A stretch of DNA of 33,275 nt from Macrostomum lignano (taxonomy: Eukaryota), in NCBI GenBank assembly GCA_002269645.1, contig NIVC01001806.1, positions 1 through 33,275 of the forward strand, given 5' to 3'. A program made the position numbers and the translations under genes. A model generated the notes under the pieces. The model made no database searches. It had not been told where the DNA came from and saw only the letters and a list, made by a program, of their open reading frames with translations. The first letter of the stretch is position 1; each line of letters begins with the position of its first letter. Of the stretch, positions 23,282 to 33,275 are shown piece after piece.

Positions 23282-24929
23282 CATTGTGCAATCATAATTA
23301 TTGACTGTTGCTCCCCCATCCCAGTACCCATAGCCAGCCATGAGCTACATTGTGCAATCATAATTATTGACTGTTGCTCCCCCATCCCAGTACCCACAGC
23401 CAGCCATGAGCTACATTGTGCAATCATAATTATTGACTGTTGCTCCCCCATCCCAGTACCCACAGCCAGCCATGAGCTACATTGTGCAATCATAATTATT
23501 GACTGTTGCTCCCCCATCCCAGTACCCACAGCCAGCCATGAGCTACATTGTGCAATCATAATTATTGACTGTTGCTCCCCCATCCCAGTACCCACAGCCA
23601 GCCATGAGCTACATTGTGCAATCATAATTATTGACTGTTGCTCCCCCATCCCAGTACCCACAGCCAGCCATGAGCTACATTGTGCAATCATAATTATTGA
23701 CTGTTGCTCCCCCATCCCAGTACCCACAGCCAGCCATGAGCTACATTGTGCAATCATAATTATTGACTGTTGCTCCCCCATCCCAGTACCCACAGCCAGC
23801 CATGAGCTACATTGTGCAATCATAATTATTGACTGTTGCTCCCCCATCCCAGTACCCACAGCCAGCCATGAGCTACATTGTGCAATCATAATTATTGACT
23901 GTTGCTCCCCCATCCCAGTACCCACAGCCAGCCATGAGCTACATTGTGCAATCATAATTATTGACTGTTGCTCCCCCATCCCAGTACCCACAGCCAGCCA
24001 TGAGCTACATTGTGCAATCATAATTATTGACTGTTGCTCCCCCATCCCAGTACCCACAGCCAGCCATGAGCTACATTGTGCAATCATAATTATTGACTGT
24101 TGCTCCCCCATCCCAGTACCCACAGCCAGCCATGAGCTACATTGTGCAATCATAATTATTGACTGTTGCTCCCCCATCCCAGTACCCACAGCCAGCCATG
24201 AGCTACATTGTGCAATCATAATTATTGACTGTTGCTCCCCCATCCCAGTACCCACAGCCAGCCATGAGCTACATTGTGCAATCATAATTATTGACTGTTG
24301 CTCCCCATCCCAGTACCCACAGCCAGCCATGAGCTACATTGTGCAATCATAATTATTGACTGTTGCTCCCCCATCCCAGTACCCACAGCCAGCCATGAGC
24401 TACATTGTGCAATCATAATTATTGACTGTTGCTCCCCATCCCAGTACCCACAGCCAGCCATGAGCTACATTGTGCAATCATAATTATTGACTGTTGCTCC
24501 CCCATCCCAGTACCCACAGCCAGCCATGAGCTACATTGTGCAATCATAATTATTGACTGTTGCTCCCCCATCCCAGTACCCACAGCCAGCCATGAGCTAC
24601 ATTGTGCAATCATAATTATTGACTGTTGCTCCCCCATCCCAGTACCCACAGCCAGCCATGAGCTACATTGTGCAATCATAATTATTGACTGTTGCTCCCC
24701 CATCCCAGTACCCACAGCCAGCCATGAGCTACATTGCGCAATCATAATTATTGACTGTTGCTCCCCCATCCCAGTACCCACAGCCAGCCATGAGCTACAT
24801 TGTGCAATCATAATTATTGACTGTTGCTCCCCCATCCCAGTACCCACAGCCAGCCATGAGCTACATTGTGCAATCATAATTATTGACTGTTGCTCCCCCA
24901 TCCCAGTACCCACAGCCAGCCATGAGCTA
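23282..24929 (+). repeat. 66-bp minisatellite x25; the last unit supplies the SMAP start codon
   Basis: Unit CATTGTGCAATCATAATTATTGACTGTTGCTCCCCCATCCCAGTACCCACAGCCAGCCATGAGCTA; 23x66 + 2x65 = 1648 bp. Confidence 0.97.
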
Positions 24930-25294
24930 CCTGCACCAGCAGCAGAAGCGGAACGGCAGGTCGGCTGCCTCAGGCGGCAAGGCGGACAAGGATAGAGAGC
25001 TGCTGCAGGAGGCCTTAGCCTCGCTGCTCAAAGAGGAGGACAACAAGTACTGCGCCGACTGCGAGGCCAAGAGTCCGCGCTGGGCCAGCTGGAACATCGG
25101 CGTGTTCATCTGCATCCGGTGCGCCGGCATCCACCGAAAGTTGGGCGTGCACATCTCCAAGGTGAAGTCCGTTAATTTGGACTCGTGGACTCTGGACCAG
25201 GTGGCCGGGGTGGCCGCTATGGGCAACACGCTGGCCAGGGCCGCCTACGAGGCCAATCTGCCTAGCAGCTTTCGCAGGCCGAACAGCGACGCTG
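24922..25294 (+). CDS. SMAP1: SMAP exon 1 (ArfGAP domain)
   Basis: ATG AGC TAC CTG...; donor G|gtggg. Confidence 0.92.
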
Positions 25295-27924
25295 GTGGGT
25301 TTTTTTGCTCTTTATGGCGGCTTTGAGGCTATTTACTTTACCTATAATTCGTACCGGGGCTTTGGGCGCTGCCGCAAACCGCAGATACCAGATCAGGCAT
25401 CTGTCTTTACTGCTCTCTCACGAAAAAAAGCTGTGAAAAAGTAGAGCGTCTACTCATCTTTTAGTAGTTTGTCTGCGCATGGTCATTTGAATTTATTGTG
25501 GCAGCTAAAATTTTCTTTCCTTCCTCGGGGTTTGCGGCCTGAGGAGCATGTGGGGGGGGGTTAAGAATGAACACCAAGCATTTAACTCGATGTACACAAG
25601 TGAACGCAAGACGGACGAAACTCAGCCTAGGGGCAGGCCCAATCTATCTCAGCCAATGAGAGAGCAGTAAGGAGAGAGGTCAAAATTAGACGGACGAAAC
25701 CTAGGAGGCAAGTCCAATCTAGCTCAGCCAATGAGAGCGCAGTAAGTAGAGAGGTAAATATTAGACGGACGAAACCTAGGAGACAGGTCCAATCTAGCTC
25801 AGCCAATGAGAGAGCAGTAAGGAGAGGTCAAAGTCAGACACAAGCTTGCCAGTTTATCGACCTGGTTGGGGTGCTGAGACGCCACCCCTTTTCTCCTGCT
25901 CGCTATGCAGACGCACTGGATTTGGGGTTTTAAAAGTTTTATTGCAATTTTAAGTCCGAAATGAATTTCTTTCTAAATAATCTCGAGTCTGGAGTCGGTC
26001 AAACATGATGAAGATACAGTTTAAAGGTTTTGCTTGCGGAAAGCCGGAGGCGATTGTTGCAAGTGCAAAAACTCCTAACATTTGTGCACAATAAATTAAG
26101 TTGACCGGCATAAGAAATCGAAGTATTTTTCATTTTAAAAGTCATTTCCCCCTCCCCCACCCCTGACCCGTCCAGGCATGGAGCAGTTCATCAGGGCCAA
26201 GTACGAGGACCGGCGCTACCTCATCGCCAACTTTAAGCCGCCCCGGCCGGACCCGTCCTCGGTGTACAGCCTCGTCAAGTCATCCGCCGCCACAGTCGCG
26301 CAGCAGCAGCGGCCCGCTGCCTCCATCGGGGCGATTCCGCGACCGCCTGCCGCTGCCTCGGCTCCGGCAAGCTCAGCGACTGCGCCCGCAACCGCTGCGA
26401 GCAAGGCAGCTGAAGCGGCTCCGCAGCCGACGCCACCGCCAGCAGCGCGGCCGGCGCAAGACTTGCTGCTGATTGGCGACGATGACCTGCTTGGCGGCGG
26501 CTCATCAACGGCCGCGTCAAGGAACGGGTCGGGACTGGCTACTTCGCCGGACTCCGAGTTCGGCAACTTCACCGCTGCCGTGGGCAACGGGGCACTGCAG
26601 CAGCAGCAGGCGGCGGCCACCCAGCCGCGAGTCAATCCGGATTTGATCTTTGATGATGGCGGAAGCTGGCCAACCTCGTCAGTGGCGGATTCTTCATCAT
26701 CAGCTGCCGCCGCAGCACCGCCAAAAATGTCGGCCAAAGACTCCATAATGGCCCTGTACGCTGCCCAGCCGCCGGGGATGCAGCAGGTGTTCGCACCAAG
26801 CGGCATGCACTACTCGGCGAGTAGCCCGATGCTGGCAACCGGGCAGCAGGCGCACATGTACCAACAGCAACAGCAGCACCAGTTCTACCAGCAGCAGGTG
26901 ATGCAGACTGGCTTGTACAGCCAAACTGCTGGCACCCTGCTGTATTCCACTGGGCAGCAGCAGCAGCAGCCTCAGTTTAATCAGGCTAGTGACAACTTTC
27001 AACTGCCGCAGCAACAGCAGCCGTTCCAGCAGCAACAGCAGCCATTCCAGCAGCAACAGCAGCCGTTCCAGCAGCAACAGCAGCCATTCCAGCAGCAACA
27101 GCAGCCGTTCCAGCAGCAACAGCAGCCATTCCAGCAGCAACAGCAGCCGTTCCAGCAGCAACAGCAGCCGTTCCAGCAGCAACAGCAGCCGTTCCAGCAG
27201 CAACAGCAGCAACAGCAGCCGTTCCAGCAGCAACAGCAGCCGTTCCAGCAGCAACAGCAGCAACAGCAGCCGTTCCAGCAGCAACAGCAGCAGCTGTTCT
27301 ACGGGCCAACCCCAACAAGTCAGGCCGCTTATCTGCAGCAGGTACATGTGATAAAGGCCAGGGATGAAGGAGCAGCGGGATACTGAGGCCAGGGATGAAG
27401 GAGCAGGGGATACTGAGGCCAGGGATAAAGGAGCAGCGGAATACTGAGGCCAGGGATGAAGGAGCAGGGGATACTGAGGCCAGGGATGAATGAGCAGCGG
27501 GATACTGAGGCCAGGGATGAAGGAGCAGTGGGAAGCTGAGGCCATGGATGAAGGAGCAGTGGGAAGCTGAGACCAGGGATGAAGGAGCAGTGGGAAGCTG
27601 AGACCAGGGATGAAGGAGCAGTGGGAAGCTGAGACCAGGGATGAAGGACCAGTGGGAAGCTGAGACCAGGGATGAAGGAGCAGCGGGAAGCTGAGACCAG
27701 GGATGAAGGAGCAGCGGGAAGCTGAGACCAGGGATGAAGGAGCAGCGGGAAGCTGAGACCAGGGATGAAGGAGCAGCGGGAAGCTGAGGCCATGGATGCA
27801 GATGAGAGGGGGGGCAGAAGAAGCCGATGCCAATGAAGAAAGATGTCTGAGCAACCAGCCGCTGTCCCCCGCAGATTCAGAGCCAGATGGCGGGCCTGGG
27901 AATCGCTGGCAAGCAGCAGCAGCC

Positions 27925-27955
<31 letters not shown>

Positions 27956-27997
27956 TCGTCAAGCGGCGGCGGCTTCCCAACGGACATCTGGAACTAA
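24922..27997 (+). CDS. SMAP1: SMAP-type ArfGAP (stromal membrane-associated protein; SMAP1/SMAP2 co-ortholog); join(24922-25294,26176-27341,27875-27997), 553 aa
   Basis: ArfGAP zinc finger CADC...[35 protein letters not shown]; [10 protein letters not shown]; DLL-type motifs; KDSIMALY; C-terminus QSQMAGLGI...TDIWN*. GT-AG introns in phases 1 and 0; AATAAA at 28048. Confidence 0.9.
25609..25838. repeat. About 75-bp tandem repeat x3 with CCAAT motifs, SMAP intron 1
   Basis: AGACGGACGAAA...CCAATCT..CTCAGCCAATGAGAG repeated three times. Confidence 0.85.
26176..27341 (+). CDS. SMAP1: SMAP exon 2 (end of GAP domain, low-complexity and Q-rich region)
   Basis: ctgacccgtccag|GC ATG ... CAG|gtaca. 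Confidence 0.9.
27008..27294 (+). repeat. Coding 18-bp repeat giving (QQQQPF)n / poly-Q in SMAP
   Basis: CAGCAACAGCAGCC[G/A]TTC units in frame. Confidence 0.95.
27356..27798. repeat. 30-31-bp minisatellite (GGCCAGGGATGAAGGAGCAGCGGGATACTGA family) x about 14, SMAP intron 2
   Basis: Tandem units; the variant changes along the array (ATACTGAGGC to AAGCTGAGAC). Confidence 0.95.
27875..27997 (+). CDS. SMAP1: SMAP exon 3 (IQSQMAGLG...FPTDIWN*)
   Basis: tcccccgcag|ATT ... TAA. Confidence 0.8.
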
Positions 27998-28953
27998 CTG
28001 GTCAATGCAGGTGTTGTGCTGTGTCTGGTGACAACAGAGAGTCCCATAATAAAAATACTGCTCGTGTTTAACCAGAGATTTGATTTGTACTATCTTTCTC
28101 CCAGTCACAGATGCCGCACCTTCTGTTTTCAATTTGCCATGTTGATCCGCCAGCATCAGACTGCCAATCAGAAGCGGCAAGTTGCGCGTGCCCGCTCTGA
28201 ATTCTTATCCGGGCGGGGCTGTTTCTGTGCCGGCCTACTAATGGCTGTTCCAGATTGATTTTCCAGTCTTTTGTTTTGCCTATCAAATTGAAATATCGTA
28301 TCTAACATAGACGGCCTCTGCTGCTACAAATTAGCTGCTATCTTTGTTTTCATTTTTGTTATTCTATTTTCCCCAAGCGAGTTGAAATTCAAGTCAGTTA
28401 TTGTTTTACTCTGTATGCCTTAATTAATCAATTGGTACATTTCCAGATTTTTTTTAGTTTCCTGTGATTAACTGAAACAATGCATAAATAATTAAAGAAT
28501 AGTACATGGGTGTTTAGCCTTATTTGTGTGCATGTAATTGCGTATTAAATTTATCCTTTTAAGAGAAGCACCAGTACTGCAGACTTCAGTTTCACCTCCT
28601 CATGGAAATAAATCTGTTTTTTGATTGAAATTTCTTAGATTTCCGTATGTCAAATGTTGCTTACCTGTTGTTGCTTTCAAGAAAACTTCGCGGTTTTTTG
28701 CCAGATCTGCAGCGCAGGGCTGCTTGCGCGATTGGTGAACAAGGAAATGGGAAAACGACAACAATGGAAGCTTTGATTGGCGAAGTAAAATTAGAAGAAC
28801 GTTTTATTTCGAAAACAGAACTAAATAATAAATTATGCTCGAATCATTCGCAAATACGAGTACATATTACGCAATCTACAGTGCATTGAGAAATGCTACA
28901 ACCGTACACAGTGTTTTGGGCGCTTTTTTAGTCTCTCGTTGCTTCTGCAATGC

Positions 28954-29424
28954 TCAACGGCGGCGGTAGGCCTTGCCATGACCGTAAGAGTCGTAGCCTG
29001 AACCATAGCCCGATCCGTAGCCGGAACCGTAGCCTGATCCGTAGCCTGAACCTTGGCCCGATCCGTAGCCGGAACCGTAGCCTGAACCTTGGCCCGATCC
29101 GTAGCCTGAACCCTGGCCCGATCCGTAGCCTGAACCTTGGCCCGATCCGTAGCCTGAACCCTGGCCCGATCCATAGCCGGAACCATAGCCTGATCCGTAG
29201 CCTGAACCTTGGCCCGATCCGTAGCTGCCATGACCGTCTTGTTCGTCGTAGTGCCCGGCCCCGTAGCCTGAACCTTGGCCCGATCCGTAGCTGCCATAAC
29301 CGTCTTGTTCGTCGTAGTGCCCGGCCCCGTAGCCGTCATAGTAGGTGTCGTAGATATCGACTCTGTCATAGCCGTCACCGTAGGCCACGGCAATCAGGGC
29401 GGCGAGGACAAGCAGGCACTTCAT
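28954..29424 (-). CDS. Secreted Gly/Tyr/Ser-rich repetitive protein, 156 aa (candidate eggshell or other extracellular structural protein)
   Basis: Signal-peptide-like [16 protein letters not shown]; repeats GYGSGQGS and [11 protein letters not shown]; basic tail HGKAYRRR*; TATA box upstream; AATAAA on the - strand near 28803-28808. Confidence 0.85.
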   Translation of the reverse strand: MKCLLVLAALIAVAYGDGYDRVDIYDTYYDGYGAGHYDEQDGYGSYGSGQGSGYGAGHYDEQDGHGSYGSGQGSGYGSGYGSGYGSGQGSGYGSGQGSGYGSGQGSGYGSGQGSGYGSGYGSGQGSGYGSGYGSGYGSGYGSGYDSYGHGKAYRRR

Positions 29425-29529
29425 ACTGGCGCTGGTTAATTTGGTTTGCAGGGGAAGTCAAAAAATGCTTTCTAATTAACGTATAATTAGTTAGCATGCA
29501 GGACTGGCTTGCTGGCTGGGGCGCCGGTC

Positions 29530-29537
29530 TATTTATA
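29530..29537 (-). promoter_or_regulatory. TATA box (TATAAATA) of the Gly/Tyr-rich gene
   Basis: GGCTATAAATAGACC on the - strand about 105 bp upstream of the ATG, in GC-rich context. Confidence 0.6.
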
Positions 29538-30337
29538 GCCATTAACCGGTTCAAGTTCAGCTTGCAACGCCACCCAATTCGGGGTAGAAATGTTCAGGCA
29601 AGACTTCGCGCGAACCAATCGGTATCGAGATAGGGTTAAGGGTACGAAATAAGCCTCTCACCAGCATACCCGAAAGTCTACTCCTCCATGTCATGTGACC
29701 ACGCCGGCCTGCCCGCCCAGACCCCTAATTATCACGTGACAGCTGTTTTGATATTTTTATTGTATGTTTTTTGTGAACACTAATTTTATCTCTGCACGAG
29801 TGAAGAAATACTTGTGAATGAACTGCTGCGAATGAACTATTGAATTTTTGTGTCTTATTCGTATAGCGCAACATCTTAGTACTCTAGCATAATATAGTAG
29901 ATGCAGAACTTCGGGTCATCTTGGGGTCAACTTGAGCCTTTGATGTTGATCGGAGGGCCGTAAGCTTGTCGTCAGGCCTCAGACTCAGCAGCTAAAAGAA
30001 GACAGCGAGAGACAAGCAGCGAAAAATTGAAAGGTAGAAATCAGCTAACCGGAGATTAGACTAATCCGCCGCCATCAGCGCATGCGACTGGCTCACCAAA
30101 CCGGCACTCTCGAAATCTGGTTTCTGGCAGCCAAACAACCAGCGCCTTTAATCTGTCAATCTTGAAGTCTTAGCAGATAGATAGGATGCTGCTGGGACCT
30201 GATCGACGCATGTTGACCAGCCGGGATGCAGGGACAAGAGCTCGAGAGGACTTTTTCAGGAGCGAGACTATTGTGTCGGGGAATGTACATTACATCAATT
30301 CCCATTGTATACATGTACACGCAAGCTTCTGGACGTA

Positions 30338-30977
30338 TACTCAGCAACAGTCAAAAGTTCCACCCTCCAAATTGCGAAAACTTCACACTCACAATTCAAC
30401 CCTCAAGTTACGCAACTAAGCCGCCGAGAGGAAGGGAAAGTTGATTGACTATTAATACTCGTAGTAAAATCATAAATTTTTATGCAAGTTTCAGTTAGAA
30501 TCGCGATGCGTGTGGGATTCCCTCGCACGCAGAAGTGCGACGACTCTGCGGGGCATCCCAATGATGAGGCGGCGCAGAAATTCCTGGGGAAGCCGCTCCG
30601 AAGCGTTAATTTCAATGGCTCTCTTTTCAATGGCAGAGCTCTCCGCAACATTCTATGGTGGATTCTCTTTTCGAATGCTACGTTTTAGGAAGTCCCAGAC
30701 ATGCTCGATGGGATTCATGTCTGGGGACCGGGAAGGCCAGCGCAGAGTGCGCAGCTGTAGCTGTTCCTTCAGTTGACTAACAGCATCGGCTTGGTGTGGC
30801 GGGGCGTTGTTCCTGGGCTTGGGTCTGCATAAACTCCAGGCCTGGACCATTAAGCAGACCCACCCAAGCCACCCCCAAGCGGCAATAAGCTTTGCGCGTG
30901 CCGTAGGTTGCGTCACTCGAAATAAGTGAAAAAATCATCTCGCTTAGTGGGGTGGAACTTTTGACTGTTGCTGAGTA
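30338..30977 (-). mobile_element. Internally deleted non-autonomous Tc1-like element, 640 bp
   Basis: 28-bp perfect TIR TACTCAGCAACAGTCAAAAGTTCCACCC, flanked by TA on both sides. Retains only the transposase C-terminus: NNAPPH...WPSRSPDMNPIEHVWD...LPQEFLRRLIIGMPRRVVALLRAR (one stop). Confidence 0.92.
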
Positions 30978-31229
30978 TAAATGCATGAAATAATGTCTTC
31001 CAACTTGATATCACTGGACAGGGGTGTGGAATCATGCAGCGTGCAGTTGGAGAAGAATCAGAATGTAACTGTTTACCCAGATCATCCCTCAGGGTCACGT
31101 ACTCGAACCGGAAAGTTGATTAAACCCGAGCAGGAAAAAAAGGTGGTTAAAATTACAGGGACCAGCTGGTCCTGTTTTTTTTTATTAGAGGCAGGGGGTT
31201 GTGTGCACCCTGGCGCACTTTAAAGCGAC

Positions 31230-31538
31230 ATAGGCACACAACCGGCGAGAGGCATTACTGCCCATTCCGCCGACTCCCCTGAGCAGGCACACAAGCGCGC
31301 GGATACGTACGCAGGCACACACTCACACAGGAGTGTACAGCGGCCCTAACTTTATATTATCGTTAGGCATGTACACTTCACTGCGCCTTGGGGGGTTGGC
31401 TCTCAAGGCCGTTAATTGCACGAGCAGAGCCAAGCCGAGATTCCAATTCAGCCCCAAATTAATGTGACTGCACTTGGAATCGAGCCTGGGTCGCTGGCAC
31501 ACCAGAGCAGCTGCGCTACCGCTGGGCTACAGCCCCCC
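31230..31538 (-). mobile_element. tRNA-derived SINE-like element (3' boundary approximate)
   Basis: The - strand starts GGGGGGCTGTAGCCCAGCGGTAG (A box) ... GGCTCGATTCC (B box). Confidence 0.6.
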
Positions 31539-32276
31539 TTAGCTGGTCCTGTTAGTGAAACACGTCGATTCTGATTGGCTGAGCCGGTTTGCTAGAACGC
31601 ACACCAAACTAATTCTGATTGGCTGAGCTCGTTGCCACCCTTGATCCGGAAAGCCACAAGACCGGGACACAGTCAAAAAGTGACAGGTGCAGCCACAAAT
31701 AATCGAATTTCGATGCAAAATGATTTATGAGTTTCAGTTTCAAGTCCAAAAAAATCAACACGAAAATGTATGAAAAGGAGAGTAAAATTATAGGATAATT
31801 TTCCAGAAGGATTGGGATTAAAGCTTAGAGCGAATATACTTTTTAGGGTAAAGGTCACTGCTGTCAAAATATTGTCACACTGGGAAAAATCCAAAAAAAT
31901 CTTGAGTGAAAAATGAGAGAAAGCGCCAGTCACGTGATGTCACGAGGAGCTTTGGTGAGACAGCTAGATATGCAGAAATTCATTTTTATTTTAAATAAGA
32001 TTTTTAACATCTGCGCGGATGGTTGCATGGGATGTGGATTAGCGTACCGAATCGAACGCAGAGCTAATCAAGTAGCAAGTTATTACGTTGGAAAGTTTTA
32101 AATACGCTCGCATGACCTTGCTAATTTTGCGATTGCTTTGATAGTACGAACTATAAGTATCAAACTGACGAGATCATAATTTTAGCAGGGGTTGGGAAAA
32201 CCCATGCCCGCCAAGCCGCTCTACGAGTATCCGAACCTCGGACTAGTCTTTTTAAACTCCAAAAAAGCAATCCGAC

Positions 32277-32729
32277 CCTCCTCTCCTCCCTCTCCTCTCC
32301 CTCTCCTCTCCCTTTCCCCTCTCCTCTCCCTTTTCCCCTCTCCTCTCCCTTTCCCCTCTCCTCTCCTTTTCCCTCTCCTCCCCTTTTCCCTCTCTACCTC
32401 TTTCCCCTCTCCTCTCGCCTTTTACCCTCTCCTCTCCCTTTTACCCTCTCCTCTCCCTTTTCCCCTCTCCTCTCCCTTTCCCTCTCCTCTCCCTTTTCCC
32501 CTCTCCTCTCCCTTTTCCCCTCTCCTCTCCCTTTTCCCTCTCCTCTCCCTTTTCCCCTCTCCTCTCCCTTTCCCCTCTCCTCTCCCTTTCCCCTCTCCTC
32601 TCCCTTTTCCCTCTCCTCTCCCTTTCCCCTCTCCTCTCCCTTTCCCCTCTCCTCTCCCTTTCCCCTCCCCTCTCCCTGTCCCCTCTCCTCTCCCTTTCCC
32701 CTCCTCTTCTTTTCTCTTCTCACTTCCTT
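32277..32729. repeat. CT-rich degenerate tandem repeat (CCCTCTCCTCTCCCTTT-like)
   Basis: Almost pure pyrimidine on the + strand. Confidence 0.93.
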
Positions 32730-32964
32730 AATCTTATTGTAGTTTGAAGACGGCGTAAACTATTTATGAATAGGAAATAAACAGACAGAGTCAAATGGAT
32801 CTGAATACTTTTTAAAGTTTATATGAAAAAACTGCTTTATATTTAGCAAACCATCACTAGCGTCCGAATGGATCTAGCATATAAATCTGCAATAAACGAT
32901 CCTACAACAAAACAGTTCTTCACACGTAGCAATACGCCGATTTGTACCAAGTACAACATGTACT

Positions 32965-33275
32965 TTAACGGCGGGCGGCCTTCTTGGCTTTGCTGGCCTT
33001 GCTGCTGCTGGGCCTTGCCACTGCTGCCATAGCCCCGGCCATGCTGGCTGCCGTAGCCGCCAGCTCCGTAGCCGCCAGCGCCGTAGCCGCCAGCGCCGTA
33101 GCCGCCAGCACCGTAGCCGCCAGCACCGTAGCCGCCAGCACCGTAGCCGCCAGCACCGTAGCCGCTAGCACCGTAGCCGCCAGCACCGTAGCAGCTCCGT
33201 AGCCACCGTAGCCGCCAGCACCGTAGCCGCCAGCACCGTAGCCGCCAGCTCCGTAGCCGCCAGCTGCCGTAGCCA
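32965..33275 (-). CDS. 3' part of a second Gly/Tyr-rich protein ((GYGAG)n, basic tail), with apparent frameshifts; runs off the window end
   Basis: The - strand has GGC TAC GGT GCT GGC repeats, then GYGSQHGRGYGSSGKA. Removing one C gives SSSKASKAKKAARR*. Further 1-4 nt shifts near 33192 and 33265. Could be a pseudogene or assembly errors. Confidence 0.6.
   Translation of the reverse strand, partial: ATAAGGYGAGGYGAGGYGAGGYGGYGAATVLAATVLAATVLAATVLAATVLAATVLAATALAATALAATELAATAASMAGAMAAVARPSSSKASKAKKAARR

Noticed and set aside
23282-24929. Possible CRISPR-like array
   Set aside because: Units are identical head-to-tail with no unique spacers, the context is eukaryotic, and no cas genes are present.
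23237-24995. Long ORFs (371, 349, 188 and 164 aa) of [22 protein letters not shown] repeats
   Set aside because: Products of the stop-free frames of the 66-bp array; broken by 65-bp units; no domain evidence.
26216-27980. Minus-strand ORFs (426, 208 and 196 aa) with poly-L or poly-A
   Set aside because: Antisense readings of the SMAP poly-Q region and the intron 2 minisatellite.
28896-29486. Alternative-frame ORFs (165 and 178 aa) overlapping the Gly/Tyr-rich gene
   Set aside because: Only the MKCLL... frame has a signal peptide, TATA box and polyA signal.
32192-32731. Pro/Leu/Ser-rich and Glu/Gly/Arg-rich ORFs
   Set aside because: Translations of the CT-rich low-complexity tract.

Overview
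Eukaryotic (animal) genomic DNA with GC-rich exons, AT-rich introns and many minisatellites. The style suggests a flatworm such as Macrostomum; this is inference only. Host genes: (1) a 9-exon O-GlcNAcase (OGA, GH84 plus pseudo-HAT domain), + strand 1533-12649, about 726 aa; (2) a 3-exon SMAP-type ArfGAP, + strand 24922-27997, 553 aa; (3) a secreted Gly/Tyr-rich protein, - strand 28954-29424, and the frameshifted 3' end of a second one at the window end. Mobile DNA: a mariner 3' remnant (1-348); a decayed long-TIR Tc1/IS630-type element inside OGA intron 1 (3313-5873); an apparently intact 5.4-kb Mutator-like element (14341-19716; about 620-bp TIRs, 8-bp TSD) encoding a spliced 677-aa PHD-acidic repeat-FLYWCH-MULE transposase; a hAT-like MITE; an internally deleted Tc1; two tRNA-headed SINEs. 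Most unusual: 25 tandem 66-bp copies of the SMAP putative splice acceptor plus start codon. The first 24 copies encode a 7-codon uORF and only the last opens the real reading frame. Gene models were assembled by eye from splice signals and frame continuity, with no database search. Most long ORFs in the supplied track are artefacts of tandem repeats.
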